Positions 46,701 through 56,012 of a DNA stretch of 64,000 bases are shown here, one piece after another. This DNA comes from a virus. Each line of letters opens with the position of its first letter. The first letter of the stretch is position 1. The translations under genes were made by a program, and so were the position numbers. The stretch is taken from positions 1-64,000 of IMG/VR virus record IMGVR_UViG_3300036820_000013; one strand, 5' to 3'. The notes below the pieces were generated by a model. The model saw only the letters and a program-made list of their open reading frames with translations. It was not told the DNA's origin and made no database searches.

Positions 46701-49109
46701 AGTCTGGCTAGAAGCTGCAAACGGTAGCATCTGCGCGACTAGTCCCTTGACCGCATCCTGATACTGCCCCGCCGACAATGCTCCAGACGCCAAGGCGTCG
46801 CGCAACCAGTCTGACGTCTGACCCGCCTGTACCACAGCACTATTAAAACTCGTCCAAGCAGACGCCGACCCCTCGATGTTATCCGTAACCTTAGATAGTC
46901 CGGCTACATCAGTCCCGAAGGATGCTAGAGCACTAGTACCGCCCGTGAGTGTTTGGAAGTACGAGTCCCAAGCCTCGTCCAACTTGTTAACCTGCGTGTC
47001 CTGGAATGATGCCTGGTAGCTCACAGCGTTCATCGAAGCGCCCAGTGCGCCCCCAACCTGACCGATCGCTTCGTAGCCAGTTACGAGGCCTTCGATTTCT
47101 TGCCGCGCTACCTGAGCCGCATGACTGTTCCCGATCAAGGTCTGCGAAAGGTTAACGCCGGCAGCCTGCGCAACACCTAGCGACTCCGCGAACGTGAATC
47201 CGTAGGTCGACGAAATGAGACCGACGTTCTTAGTCTCAGTGACCAGTTGCTGATTCAGCACATCATGCTCTTGCGTCAGCGCACTGACGGCTCCTTGAGC
47301 ACCGGAAGCGATAGCCTGGAACGCACTCGTCTTAGTGTTCAGGTTAGCTTGAGCCGCTGCCAAGTCCTGATTCGTAGCAACTAGCGTGCTGACCGTATCG
47401 TTGATGACCTTATAATCAGTCGCGGTTGAGATCAACTTGTTCTGAGTGTCGATCCAGTTCGTCGTGCCGCTATCAGCTCGTGCGATCACGATTGTGAGCG
47501 CAGTGATAGCCGCTGCTGCGTCGATCGCCCAACCGACAGGGTTCGTAGCAAGGAAGGTCAGCAAGGTTTGCGCGTAGGCTATCATACCTAGCCTAGCGCC
47601 TTCCTCATCGCGCGTCAGGGCCAACATGCCTTCGCCGAGGTCACCAATCATCGGCGTAATGCCCTCAACGATGTCTAGGCTACCTAGAGCAAGCACTAGT
47701 CGACCAACAGTATCGAGGAGCAGCCCACCCCATCGCAGGAACTCTTCAAAGCCCATCGCAACCGTGATGATCCACCCAGGGATCTCGGTCAGCTTAAGGA
47801 TTAGTTGCGTGAATGCATCTAGGACCTTCAGTAGGACCTCAGCCAGACCGGGCATATCACCGGCAAGGTTCAAGATCGCGTGCCCCAGGTTGCCAAGGAC
47901 CTGCCCAAACTCGACTAGGTCTTCAACGCCCTTTGAGACCATTTGAGTCAGTTCAGTACCAAAGGCCCCATTCAAGTCGACTGCAATCTCAGCCGAAAAC
48001 TTCTGAATGACCTGAGCGACCGCTCCACCCATGGTAACAAAGTCGCCTAGGTGCTGACGCGCTATATCGATCGCGTCACCAAGCATGCTCCAAGCCACAG
48101 GATTCATCTTGTCCTGCATCGCTTGCAACGCATCGCCAGTACCGAGGATATCGCCTGACGTCGTATTAAACGCGGGACCTAGGGCCTCAGTCGTTGTATA
48201 GAGCGACTCCATTCGATAAGCGACGCGCTCCATTACGCCCTGGTACAGAACCGCGGCTCCAGCAGCCGCCGCAATAATGGCAGGAATGCCTACGGCAGCC
48301 AATTCGGAGCCACCAGCTACCACCCAGTGGATAACGGTGCCCCAGTTTTGGAAGAACGTCATGATCAGACCGGACTGCACTATCATGCGGTCTTCATCAT
48401 CACTAACCGCGCGCAACGCTCCTGCGAACGCAGTCAACTCCGCTAGAGCTGTTGGAAGACCTGTAATCTCGAGGTTGACACCTGCCAGATGTGCAAATGC
48501 ACGCAACTTAGCCTGCAGGACTGCCAACTGAGCATCGATAGTGGCCTGATCGATCGTCGGATCGATAGCCATCATGCGCAGCGTGTCAAACTTTAGCTGA
48601 ATCTCCGCAATAGCCGCGTCTAGCCGAGCCTCGTCAACACTAGGTTCAATGTTCAGCGTAAATTCGCGGATCGCATCAAGACGAGCCGCAATATTCGCGA
48701 TCTGCACGTCAAGCGAAGCCTCATCAACGTCCGGCTCGAGAGCAAAGTCTCGAATCGCGGCCAGCCGAGCCTGTATCAGCGCAATCGCCGCATTCAGGTC
48801 AGCCTCATCGACACCGGCCTGCAGCGCAATACCGCGGACCGCATCGATCTTAGCTTCAACCTCAGCCAATTGAGCATCTAGCGCGGCCTGATCGACATTA
48901 GGCTGCATCGCAAAGGTCTTGATCGCAGCTAGCTTCGCCTCGATGTCCGTGATCGCTGCATCCAGCGCAGCCTCATCGACATCGACTGAAACAACGGCGT
49001 TCTTAATTGCCTGGAGGCGTGATTCAACTCCGGCAATACCCTTATCCAAGGTAGCGTAGTCTACATCAACTTCGAGGTAGCCTTCCGCAACCTTGAATCC
49101 GTCAGCCAT
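43761..49109 (-). CDS. Tape measure protein with C-terminal tail-lysozyme domain
   Basis: 1782 aa; Trp-periodic repeats; GIAGDIYGESGGNP..GLIGWT..FERP. Confidence 0.92.
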   Translation of the reverse strand: MADGFKVAEGYLEVDVDYATLDKGIAGVESRLQAIKNAVVSVDVDEAALDAAITDIEAKLAAIKTFAMQPNVDQAALDAQLAEVEAKIDAVRGIALQAGVDEADLNAAIALIQARLAAIRDFALEPDVDEASLDVQIANIAARLDAIREFTLNIEPSVDEARLDAAIAEIQLKFDTLRMMAIDPTIDQATIDAQLAVLQAKLRAFAHLAGVNLEITGLPTALAELTAFAGALRAVSDDEDRMIVQSGLIMTFFQNWGTVIHWVVAGGSELAAVGIPAIIAAAAGAAVLYQGVMERVAYRMESLYTTTEALGPAFNTTSGDILGTGDALQAMQDKMNPVAWSMLGDAIDIARQHLGDFVTMGGAVAQVIQKFSAEIAVDLNGAFGTELTQMVSKGVEDLVEFGQVLGNLGHAILNLAGDMPGLAEVLLKVLDAFTQLILKLTEIPGWIITVAMGFEEFLRWGGLLLDTVGRLVLALGSLDIVEGITPMIGDLGEGMLALTRDEEGARLGMIAYAQTLLTFLATNPVGWAIDAAAAITALTIVIARADSGTTNWIDTQNKLISTATDYKVINDTVSTLVATNQDLAAAQANLNTKTSAFQAIASGAQGAVSALTQEHDVLNQQLVTETKNVGLISSTYGFTFAESLGVAQAAGVNLSQTLIGNSHAAQVARQEIEGLVTGYEAIGQVGGALGASMNAVSYQASFQDTQVNKLDEAWDSYFQTLTGGTSALASFGTDVAGLSKVTDNIEGSASAWTSFNSAVVQAGQTSDWLRDALASGALSAGQYQDAVKGLVAQMLPFAASSQTAQAELIGVAQQIDPNISSYKQLTQWVGNTKSAQDDLNTAVDQATQKLGNLNSIATDFTGTLQTDVIQATDKAVIAQGGFNGLLDATTQALKNSGEGSSAYKNDLAQLDDFLRTKLGWSTQQINTYNAELVQSFTAAGDSATKAGQKMDTAVDPSKIANNSVLEDIKNFFTAIGHYIESDYFDAPLQLMIKGWDNGILIVEQLWGDFENAAKQTGQNLVNSWRDSTAALEQVWKDTVDDAAGIWNDIGNDIYDPVVHGAARLITFFETSFDTWWKTHGSALEAIWQQVWGTISGTFEEFYDILMPLVKTLWSVLESTFDIGADQLEGIVKVLWDIVEGAWSEGANFVELTWRMLWDTLELVGETAGAVLETLFKVVWAAIQLVWNEGVSVIELAWKILWDTVQAVAETAWAAIQLIEKVGWDTLVALFSVMIDLLSGHWSQAWDDIKTYGEQIWNAIDEFFQDAWKAWEEYGENIFNDFKDFLEQTWNNISSFMKSTWNAISSFFDSEWNNFKSFGESIFNAFRSFLTSTWDDIESTTKSVWNSIMSMLQNVWSDMKSGFSGAVSGIKSTWSSLEGIFESPVKFLVNTVYDGGIARLWNDVAAKIPGVPSLPTFNFAAGGKADRSMRVPGWGGGDIVPAMIEPGETVVSKEHSSKLASVFKALGVPGYASGGIPGGGVISDITGAVSGAASDVFSGIKDIGSLVAALATGNTTALLNDMMKFTGGSGGATGDLAGMIVQIPKTIVTDLIRALTTTFKGAVTAGAGVPGGISAGDSLTNLVTVARYLMANGYTRTAAAGIAGDIYGESGGNPESVGSGGAGLIGWTPPSSARPYQPIVTGNASHDLAIQMADLLEYNKTWSEFIPLLNSAATATAAGQIYSEYFERPAVLFSDTRPGIANQVYGSLAAGGFLPPGQNAWVGEQGMEAAYARPGGGVDITPVGPGGGKSVTVYQQYYGTQYPTPEMMAQQKVNLALALGVAP

Positions 49110-49110
49110 G

Positions 49111-49539
49111 CTAATCCTCTAGTTTCGTGACTTGGAACATCGGCACAAGCTCTCCGAGCTGAGGTGCTGCAGGCCCTGCGGCCATTAGCTCCTCGGCCGT
49201 CAGCGTACGTTCTGCTTGAGGCTCTCGCACCCGACCCTCCTTATCACGCATATCTGCCACGTGACCTGCTTCATACAGTGGCGGCATAGCGTTAATCCGC
49301 TCTTGCTGCTCCGCCTCACTAACGTCCTCCAGCCACCCCTCTAGATCATGACGCGCCGCTCCCTCATAGGCCGGCAGTCGATACGCAATCTTGAAGAACG
49401 CCGGTCCTTCTAGCTTCCGGACGTCCTTGATGTGGTGCAACGCGCTCATGTCGCTGCATACGCTGTCGAGACAATCGACGATCCATATCAGTTGCGCCGC
49501 CCTGACGAGCCAGCCCGGCGGTTCCTGGTCCCTTTTGGG
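49111..49539 (-). CDS. Tail assembly chaperone, -1 frameshift extension
   Basis: -1 frame is open from the slip site into MSALHH... Confidence 0.8.
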   Translation of the reverse strand, partial: PKRDQEPPGWLVRAAQLIWIVDCLDSVCSDMSALHHIKDVRKLEGPAFFKIAYRLPAYEGAARHDLEGWLEDVSEAEQQERINAMPPLYEAGHVADMRDKEGRVREPQAERTLTAEELMAAGPAAPQLGELVPMFQVTKLED

Positions 49540-49886
49540 CGCTCGGTCTTGCCTGTCGCAATACGCAGCGCCGCCGACAGAACAAAGTTGTACTGGTCGT
49601 CCGTCAACTTGTCGTAGTTCATGAGCGCGTCGTAACCAGCTTCGCCGAGCATGCTCGTGAGCATGAAGTACGCTGCGTTCTGAGGACCTTCCGTCTTCAT
49701 GATCTTCAGGTACTTCAGCCCAACCGTCGGCGATGGGTTCTTCGGGACCTGAAACTCTGCTTCATCGATCGTGAAGAGGGTCAGGAACTCAACCTTCTCA
49801 CCCTCATCCTTGGTCGAGAGATGAAGGATTTCCAGCTCGTCGGAGGCCGGAGCCTCCGACTTCGCAGGCTGCGAGGTGTCCGCCAT
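49488..49886 (-). CDS. Tail assembly chaperone
   Basis: Between MTP and TMP; slippery C-CCA-AAA at 49539-49533. Confidence 0.85.
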   Translation of the reverse strand: MADTSQPAKSEAPASDELEILHLSTKDEGEKVEFLTLFTIDEAEFQVPKNPSPTVGLKYLKIMKTEGPQNAAYFMLTSMLGEAGYDALMNYDKLTDDQYNFVLSAALRIATGKTERPKGTRNRRAGSSGRRN

Positions 49887-49898
49887 AGCAGTCCCTTT

Positions 49899-50543
49899 CT
49901 AGGAGGTCTGGTCGTAGATGTAGAACGGGGGGACCGTCGCGCTCACGTAGTAGCACGTGAACGTGCAGGCCCAGACCGACTGGTTGGTCAGGTCGTACTT
50001 CGCCGTCGCCTTAACCGAGTTCAGAACCTTGTTCAGGACGAAGCGACGCCTCATGACCGCGCCCGTGGTGAGCGCCGGCGCCCAACCATCGATGATCAAG
50101 ACGCTGTACGTCGGCTGCGTGATCGTCGGCGTGCTCGTTCCGGGAGCCGCCGTAGATGACAGCGGCGTGAAGGTGTTGATGCCCGACCCGACCCCGATCT
50201 GCGACTGCGCAGGGTCGTTCATCGCCTCGGCCAGGTTCTGCATCGTCGCCTCAAGCAACGACGTAGTCACCGTGATCATGCGACCGGTCAGGCGCGCGCC
50301 GATCGGGTCGACGACCTGGTCTGCCTTGATCTGCCCGTACGTGTAGTCCACGTCCCAGTTGACTCCGCCGGTTGTCGCGCCGAAGTCGGTGAACCCTGTA
50401 GACCCGCCGCTACCTGGGTCGGTCTTGACCGTGGTGTTCGTCTGAGACGCGACCGAGACAACGCCGAACTGGCCCCAGTAAACCTCGGCGGGGCCCTGAA
50501 CGACGTTAGTCGGAGTAGCGCCGACGTAAGATGCTGACGTCAT
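49899..50543 (-). CDS. Major tail protein
   Basis: GPA.VY, DFGATTGGV, LLEAT..NL. Confidence 0.85.
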   Translation of the reverse strand: MTSASYVGATPTNVVQGPAEVYWGQFGVVSVASQTNTTVKTDPGSGGSTGFTDFGATTGGVNWDVDYTYGQIKADQVVDPIGARLTGRMITVTTSLLEATMQNLAEAMNDPAQSQIGVGSGINTFTPLSSTAAPGTSTPTITQPTYSVLIIDGWAPALTTGAVMRRRFVLNKVLNSVKATAKYDLTNQSVWACTFTCYYVSATVPPFYIYDQTS

Positions 50544-50559
50544 ATCCTATACCTTCCTG

Positions 50560-50937
50560 TTAGACTCCGCCGGATTGAATAATGCAGATCCCAGACACGT
50601 CTGCTCCGGTTGTGAAATCGATCTCGACCAGGCCGGCAGCATTCACATCGAGCGCATAGAACGGCCCGAGCAAGTACAGGTCGCCAGCGGTGGCCGCGGC
50701 AAACGTAATCGGGCTAATCTGCTGCCCAAGGATCGTGGCCCCCGGCGTGATCTTGGCTCCAGGATCGGCAGTGACCGTCTTCAGGAGGATCAGGGTCAGC
50801 CCTGGGACGTTCGGGAAGGTAACACCAGTTGCGCCCCCGAGCGTTGCGAGCGTCTGTGTCGTCAGATTGATAACGCCGTTCCCGACGAGTTGCTGATACC
50901 CAGGCGAGACACCCGGGCCCAGCGCGAGGATCGTCAC
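50560..50937 (-). CDS. Hypothetical virion protein
   Basis: LLGPF motif; position. Confidence 0.65.
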   Translation of the reverse strand: MTILALGPGVSPGYQQLVGNGVINLTTQTLATLGGATGVTFPNVPGLTLILLKTVTADPGAKITPGATILGQQISPITFAAATAGDLYLLGPFYALDVNAAGLVEIDFTTGADVSGICIIQSGGV

Positions 50938-51161
50938 TTCCGCCTCCTACGCGTTGTCCTAGCCTTAGACGCGCCCTTGTGGTTCCAGGTCGCGGCAACC
51001 TTCGCGAAGTTCGCCTGCCTACGCGTCTGGGCTGTATAGCGACCCTTCGGAGCCGCCATAACCTTGTTAGCGAACGCTCGAGGAGACATCCCGGAGGCCT
51101 TCGCCTTACGTGTTAGCGCTCCTGGATGCTTGATCGTGATCTTCAGCTTCTTGCGTGCCAT
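50934..51161 (-). CDS. Small highly basic protein
   Basis: KHPGAL...RQANFA; K/R-rich. Confidence 0.7.
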   Translation of the reverse strand: MARKKLKITIKHPGALTRKAKASGMSPRAFANKVMAAPKGRYTAQTRRQANFAKVAATWNHKGASKARTTRRRRK

Positions 51162-51207
51162 TGTTAACCTCCTCCTGCTCCTTCTGCGTCCGCCGCACTA
51201 GGATTTA

Positions 51208-51705
51208 CTACTGAACCACTAGCCCCGCCTCCCGCCAAGCTAGCGTCATGTCCATTTGGTAGGCTGCCCAGTTCCGCTGATCACTATAGATTCGTCTCGG
51301 CTCTGTGTGTACGATTGCTTCGGTGCAACTAGCGGAGTTGTACTCAACGCCGTTCGAAACGATCGTCAGCACCCGACCGAACACTCCAGGCAGCTTACTA
51401 TAGGTAGCAGTCCAGATTCCCTGCAGCAAATCGTTGGCCTTAAACCAAGGTGGCTTATTAGATCCAGGCTTAGTCGCATAGGCCTTAACCTCGATCACTG
51501 GTTGCGAGATCGGCATATACTGCATAGGCGTGCCACCTACGACCAGCACCGTAATGAAACGGCCAATACCATCAGAATCCTGCGGCCAGTTTTGCTCAGC
51601 GGGCGGCTGCGTCGCTACCATATCGGTCGTGTATGTACCGAATGTGTCCGGGATGCTCGCAATCCAGGCCATAGCCACTAGCTCTGAGTTCGGATGGTTA
51701 GGCAT
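51208..51705 (-). CDS. Tail terminator-like protein
   Basis: Position and size. Confidence 0.65.
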   Translation of the reverse strand: MPNHPNSELVAMAWIASIPDTFGTYTTDMVATQPPAEQNWPQDSDGIGRFITVLVVGGTPMQYMPISQPVIEVKAYATKPGSNKPPWFKANDLLQGIWTATYSKLPGVFGRVLTIVSNGVEYNSASCTEAIVHTEPRRIYSDQRNWAAYQMDMTLAWREAGLVVQ

Positions 51706-52175
51706 CAGTACATGCCCTTAAGCTTAGGGTGCTTCCGCTCCCAGGCAAGCAACCGACCAGGCGCTCCAGCAGCCCGACGAGCTATCCAGGCGTCAAGCGT
51801 TCGTGGCTGGCCAAGCCGCTGAATCCCAGGCGCGACTAGCGGCGGAGTGCCTTCAGGATCAGTTGGTGAACGATACTTATACAGCGCAGGTCGCAGGAAC
51901 GGCTGTTCAATAACCATCTCCGGACCGACTTGGCCGGTGAAACGATGGTAGACACGGTGACCGAACTCGACATCGAGGGAATACGGTGCGGTCGAGTAAA
52001 CGATGAGCTTTTCCGTATCCGCGTAGTACTCAATGCCAGCCGCTAGGCGGCCAGAGCGCTTCGGAGCATAACGAATGGCATCCGCGGTGATCAAGGGCCC
52101 GAGGCGCGTATCGAGAAGTTCCGCTACGCCAGCCTCTATGTGCCCGATCGCGTCGGGGTCCATATAGACCTTCAC
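51705..52175 (-). CDS. HK97 gp10-like neck protein
   Basis: AP.RSG.L, Y...VEFG, QPFLRPAL. Confidence 0.75.
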   Translation of the reverse strand: MKVYMDPDAIGHIEAGVAELLDTRLGPLITADAIRYAPKRSGRLAAGIEYYADTEKLIVYSTAPYSLDVEFGHRVYHRFTGQVGPEMVIEQPFLRPALYKYRSPTDPEGTPPLVAPGIQRLGQPRTLDAWIARRAAGAPGRLLAWERKHPKLKGMY

Positions 52176-52250
52176 TCGCCACGTTCCTCTACAGTCAGTG
52201 GCACAATCCGGCTCCTGGTGTCTACCACCGTCAAACCTTCTTGCTCTTAT

Positions 52251-52290
52251 CTTAAGTGTATAACAGACCACCTAGTAAAAGCTAGGCTCT
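52251..52290 (-). promoter_or_regulatory. Promoter P7 (minus strand, same family)
   Basis: CTAGC starts 25 nt before TACACT-TAAG. Confidence 0.6.
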
Positions 52291-52315
52291 CGCACTAAAT
52301 ACTGAACGATACTAA

Positions 52316-53392
52316 TCATTCTCCCTTCGGCGGTAGTCCTGCGATTAGTGCCCAAGCTACGAGGGCGCTATTGATCGTGGTGTAGTAACCGTACCGCTGA
52401 TAGATCTTGTCTGCCTGAGCCGCGCTAGCCTTCGATGCGTCAGGCATCACAGGGTCAGATGCATTCCGAGCAGATATCACCGGAACCTTGATAGCGGCTG
52501 CAGCTACCGCGACCGCGGCGTCGTCCATTTCGACAGCACGAATCAGCGGATCGTAGGCGCGGAGGCCGTAATGGTCGTCAGTAGTATCGAACGCGAAGAA
52601 GTCCGTAGACACTACATCGCCATACCAGAGCTGCGGCTTCGCAGCGCCTTCTAGCGCACCGCTACCGATCGGGTAGCCGGGGGTCGGAGCCAGGTTAGGC
52701 ACCATATCGATAAACTGTCGCTGCTGCCCCGCAAGCGCCGCTGACGGCCACTCTTGTTGGCTGAACGGCTGCCCCTTCAGCTCACGCGTGAAGTCAGCAT
52801 GGATCCAGAGTGACACATTGACGTCACCGAGTCGAGTCCCATTTCCAGCTCCGCCAGCGGTACCAGTCGTGATAATGTAGCGCACGCCGGCCTCTCGAGC
52901 TATCTGCTCGATCAGCTGCGCCGTGGGCAATGACGGTCCGTCAGTCGCAGGATGCAGCTCAGACTTGAGCACCACTACCTTGACCGGGCCGATCTTGACC
53001 GTTGCCCAAGAGCCTAGGCGGCCGGAAGCCTTCGCAGGAGACCGACCAGTCAGCTGCGGCACGTATGCAGCGTAGTTGGTCTTGTAGTACACCCACTCCG
53101 TCGACTGGATACCTGGAGTCAGAACATCAGCAAGAGCACGAGCCTCAGCTTCTGTCCAAGTGATAACGAGGACGTCAGACTCCGGAATGGCGCTCGCGTT
53201 CTCCGGAGCCGCCGGACCCGAAGGTGCAAGACCTTCGGGCCAGGCGATCTGGGGAGCCGCTTGCCTACCAGGATCGTACATGATGCGCGAGAGCGACGCA
53301 TCTTGAGGCGGGAAGATGGCTTCCCAGATCGGATAGATGAACTGGTCGAATACCCAGTCAACTATCTCGCTTACCAGATTCATGTCAGACAA
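52316..53392 (-). CDS. Nucleoside phosphorylase/nucleosidase (PNP_UDP_1-like)
   Basis: IT...E, TTGTAGG, LGDV, AVEMD, RNASD. Confidence 0.75.
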   Translation of the reverse strand: MSDMNLVSEIVDWVFDQFIYPIWEAIFPPQDASLSRIMYDPGRQAAPQIAWPEGLAPSGPAAPENASAIPESDVLVITWTEAEARALADVLTPGIQSTEWVYYKTNYAAYVPQLTGRSPAKASGRLGSWATVKIGPVKVVVLKSELHPATDGPSLPTAQLIEQIAREAGVRYIITTGTAGGAGNGTRLGDVNVSLWIHADFTRELKGQPFSQQEWPSAALAGQQRQFIDMVPNLAPTPGYPIGSGALEGAAKPQLWYGDVVSTDFFAFDTTDDHYGLRAYDPLIRAVEMDDAAVAVAAAAIKVPVISARNASDPVMPDASKASAAQADKIYQRYGYYTTINSALVAWALIAGLPPKGE

Positions 53393-54254
53393 CCATCTGC
53401 TTGTAGTCCACGTAGTGGCCCAGAAGGTCGAGGGTCGAGGCGTGCATCAGGTAGTCGCCGTCGAGGCCTGAAGCAGCGTTGAACTGCGCGCTCCACGAGT
53501 TGCGAATCTTGACGTAGGTGTTCGCGAGATCGATGGCGCCGAGCTTGGTCTGCGCCAGTTGGGCGATTGCACGCTGGCACGTCTCATGCCCACCCGCGAC
53601 GCCTGACTTGACTGCCGCCTCGAGAGCCTCCACTGACCCATCGCCATCGACGAAGCCTAGAGAGTCCGGCGTCATCCACGCGTTGAACCAGGGCGCGCCC
53701 TGAATCACTGTTCCCGACTGCAGAGCCAGAAGCGCACCCTGGATGTTCTGCGGAGCGATGTAGTCCTTGGCCAGACCGGACTTAACCGCCTGCTCGCAGC
53801 ACGCCTGGCCGGTCGAGCCACAGTCCGTAGGAGGCCACTCCTCTGACGGAACGCCAGTCTGGGCGGTATCGACATGGTAGAAGACGATCGCCCACTCCTC
53901 ATTGGTCGCCGCCGAGTTCAGCGCTGAAGCTGGAGCCATGCGCCAGACCTTGCCACCGAAGCCGATCTCCAGCGTCTCGAGCGCCTTGCCTGCAGCCGCC
54001 GAGAGCTGCGCGATGTGCTCCGTCGACGCATTCGCCGTGCAGGAGCCCAGAGCGTCTACTGCAACGGCCCCTGGAATCATCGCTCCGGTATTGATGTCCT
54101 GCTCGAGGAGGTCCTCCTGGTCTAGCACTGGGATCGGAATGTCCCAGCTGACCTCCTTCAGAACTTCGCTCGCATGGTACAGAGCCCGATCCGGGTCCAG
54201 CTTCGCCGGAACGTGGATTCGGCCGAACTTGGTGGGAGTTGCGCCTTCGTACAT
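53385..54254 (-). CDS. Papain-like (C1) cysteine protease
   Basis: LDQ, GSCTA, GGH, IRNSW. Confidence 0.8.
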   Translation of the reverse strand: MYEGATPTKFGRIHVPAKLDPDRALYHASEVLKEVSWDIPIPVLDQEDLLEQDINTGAMIPGAVAVDALGSCTANASTEHIAQLSAAAGKALETLEIGFGGKVWRMAPASALNSAATNEEWAIVFYHVDTAQTGVPSEEWPPTDCGSTGQACCEQAVKSGLAKDYIAPQNIQGALLALQSGTVIQGAPWFNAWMTPDSLGFVDGDGSVEALEAAVKSGVAGGHETCQRAIAQLAQTKLGAIDLANTYVKIRNSWSAQFNAASGLDGDYLMHASTLDLLGHYVDYKQMVV

Positions 54255-54277
54255 GATTTGTCCGCTTTCTCTAGTGC

Positions 54278-54391
54278 TTACAGGAGGACGCCGTATGCCT
54301 GCTGGATCAGCCAGGCACCGAACAGGAGACCGAGACCGACGCCGAGAGCGACGCCTACCACGGTAACGAGAATGGCCTTGAGATCAACCAC
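54278..54391 (-). CDS. 37-aa membrane peptide
   Basis: MVDLKAILVTVVGVALGV...; overlaps the upstream stop. Confidence 0.55.
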   Translation of the reverse strand: MVDLKAILVTVVGVALGVGLGLLFGAWLIQQAYGVLL

Positions 54392-54761
54392 AGCTAAACT
54401 CCTTCTTGAGAGACACGAAGTCCATGTATAGCTTGTAACTAGCTACACGTGACGGATTGGCCGCCGGATCTGCTGGATAGGCCACTGGAGTCAGTGTAAA
54501 CAAGTCTACAGTCGCGCACCACCTCTTATCATCTTTCTGGACCGCCTGCGCCACGATACTGTCTGTGTTTTGCGTTGCATGCGCTTGCGCTACTAGTAGG
54601 TACACGACTGCACCAAGCAGCGCTATCACGACTAGAGTCTCGATCCCGATCAAGATCCAGAATGTTTGCATGCCGCGGCGCGCACTATGAGCTAGCATGG
54701 CCTTGATCTTCTGATCCTCTAGCGGATCAGGCCGCGCAGGAGGCGGCAGGTTATCAGACAT
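54384..54761 (-). CDS. Membrane protein
   Basis: 1 TM and a Cys pair. Confidence 0.7.
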   Translation of the reverse strand: MSDNLPPPARPDPLEDQKIKAMLAHSARRGMQTFWILIGIETLVVIALLGAVVYLLVAQAHATQNTDSIVAQAVQKDDKRWCATVDLFTLTPVAYPADPAANPSRVASYKLYMDFVSLKKEFSCG

Positions 54762-55089
54762 GAGGCCTTCCTTCCAGGAGGGTCTGAATTCGATCGACCT
54801 TCTCGAGCAATTGCCCGATTGTCTGCCGGCCAGTAGCCATGTCCTTCAGCATACTGACCTGGCCCTGCAGGTCCGCGATCTTAGTAGCTTGCTCCTGGTT
54901 CTGGGACTGCAGTTCCTTAATTTGGTCCGCGTAAGCCGCTGCCCGCTCCTGCCAAGCATTAGCCGTACCCTGGTAGACCTGAATCAGCTGTGTATTCTTG
55001 GAGGTCTTGAACGCAAAGTATGCTCCCGCAGCGGTCGCTACCGCCAAAGCAATGCCTAGGACCGCTGTTAGAACATAGACTGTATTCAC
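54754..55089 (-). CDS. Membrane/coiled-coil protein
   Basis: N-terminal TM plus coiled coil. Confidence 0.7.
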   Translation of the reverse strand: MNTVYVLTAVLGIALAVATAAGAYFAFKTSKNTQLIQVYQGTANAWQERAAAYADQIKELQSQNQEQATKIADLQGQVSMLKDMATGRQTIGQLLEKVDRIQTLLEGRPHV

Positions 55090-55100
55090 AGCTGCACTCC

Positions 55101-55475
55101 CTAGGCTTGCTCGGTAGTCGTTACTCGCTTCAAGGTCAAGACCAGATCCGGTGTAGCTCCCGCCACCCCCAGCTCCGTTACCTGATAAATCTGCCAAGTC
55201 AAGTTCGTCTTCTCGTCAAGGATCTGATCCGAGTTGGTCACGTCAGTCCCTGACGGCAAGGTGCACGCGGCCATTCGAGTAGTAGCTGGCTCGGGCGTAG
55301 CAGGCTCGTAAACAGTAGACCCGAGGACGATCGGGCGAAGTGGGCTCATTGTGGGATAGCTGATGAACGCGATGATGCCGGTATAGACCGCTACCGGATC
55401 ATCAATAATATCACCGAGACTGTCTGTCGTCGTCCCGCGAAGAATACTGACCGTCGTATTCGCGATCGCGTACAT
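55101..55475 (-). CDS. Head-to-tail stopper-like protein
   Basis: T.SILRG...D..GD; position. Confidence 0.7.
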   Translation of the reverse strand: MYAIANTTVSILRGTTTDSLGDIIDDPVAVYTGIIAFISYPTMSPLRPIVLGSTVYEPATPEPATTRMAACTLPSGTDVTNSDQILDEKTNLTWQIYQVTELGVAGATPDLVLTLKRVTTTEQA

Positions 55476-55493
55476 GTGCAGCCTCCTCTCGGC

Positions 55494-56012
55494 CTAGTAG
55501 TCCGGGCCACCCGGCGCACCTCCATATCCAGAGATGGGACTCCATGGGAAGATCCACTCGCCGAAGTTGACACTGTTCGCTGCATACAGGTCCTCGAACG
55601 GCGACCTGACGTGCAGCGCACGGCTACGCAGCCACGAGACACGCGCTAGCGACTTGCGAGCTAGTGGCCCGATCATCAGAGCATTGCCGCTGTTCAGCTT
55701 GATCGGAGCACGCATAGTCTGGATCGAGTCTAGGTCAAGCCTCGTATACAGGTCAGGCTGTTGCGTCATCCAGACCGTCTGAAACACGACCGCGAGGTTC
55801 AGGTAGTACGAGTCCGTCGCGCCAACGTTCTCATACCAGTCATATGTAATCGTATTACCCGTACTAGGTTCCACCCAGCTGAACGAATACGGTCGACCGG
55901 TGAAAATGTCGATGATCGAGCCCGCTATCGTCACCTGAGCATCAGTCACAGTCTGACCGGTGATGTTCAAGACGTCTGCGGCGACCGCCCAGGTATTCGT
56001 GTCGTTGCCCAT
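55494..56012 (-). CDS. Head-to-tail adaptor-like protein
   Basis: Position; PLARKSL. Confidence 0.65.
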   Translation of the reverse strand: MGNDTNTWAVAADVLNITGQTVTDAQVTIAGSIIDIFTGRPYSFSWVEPSTGNTITYDWYENVGATDSYYLNLAVVFQTVWMTQQPDLYTRLDLDSIQTMRAPIKLNSGNALMIGPLARKSLARVSWLRSRALHVRSPFEDLYAANSVNFGEWIFPWSPISGYGGAPGGPDY

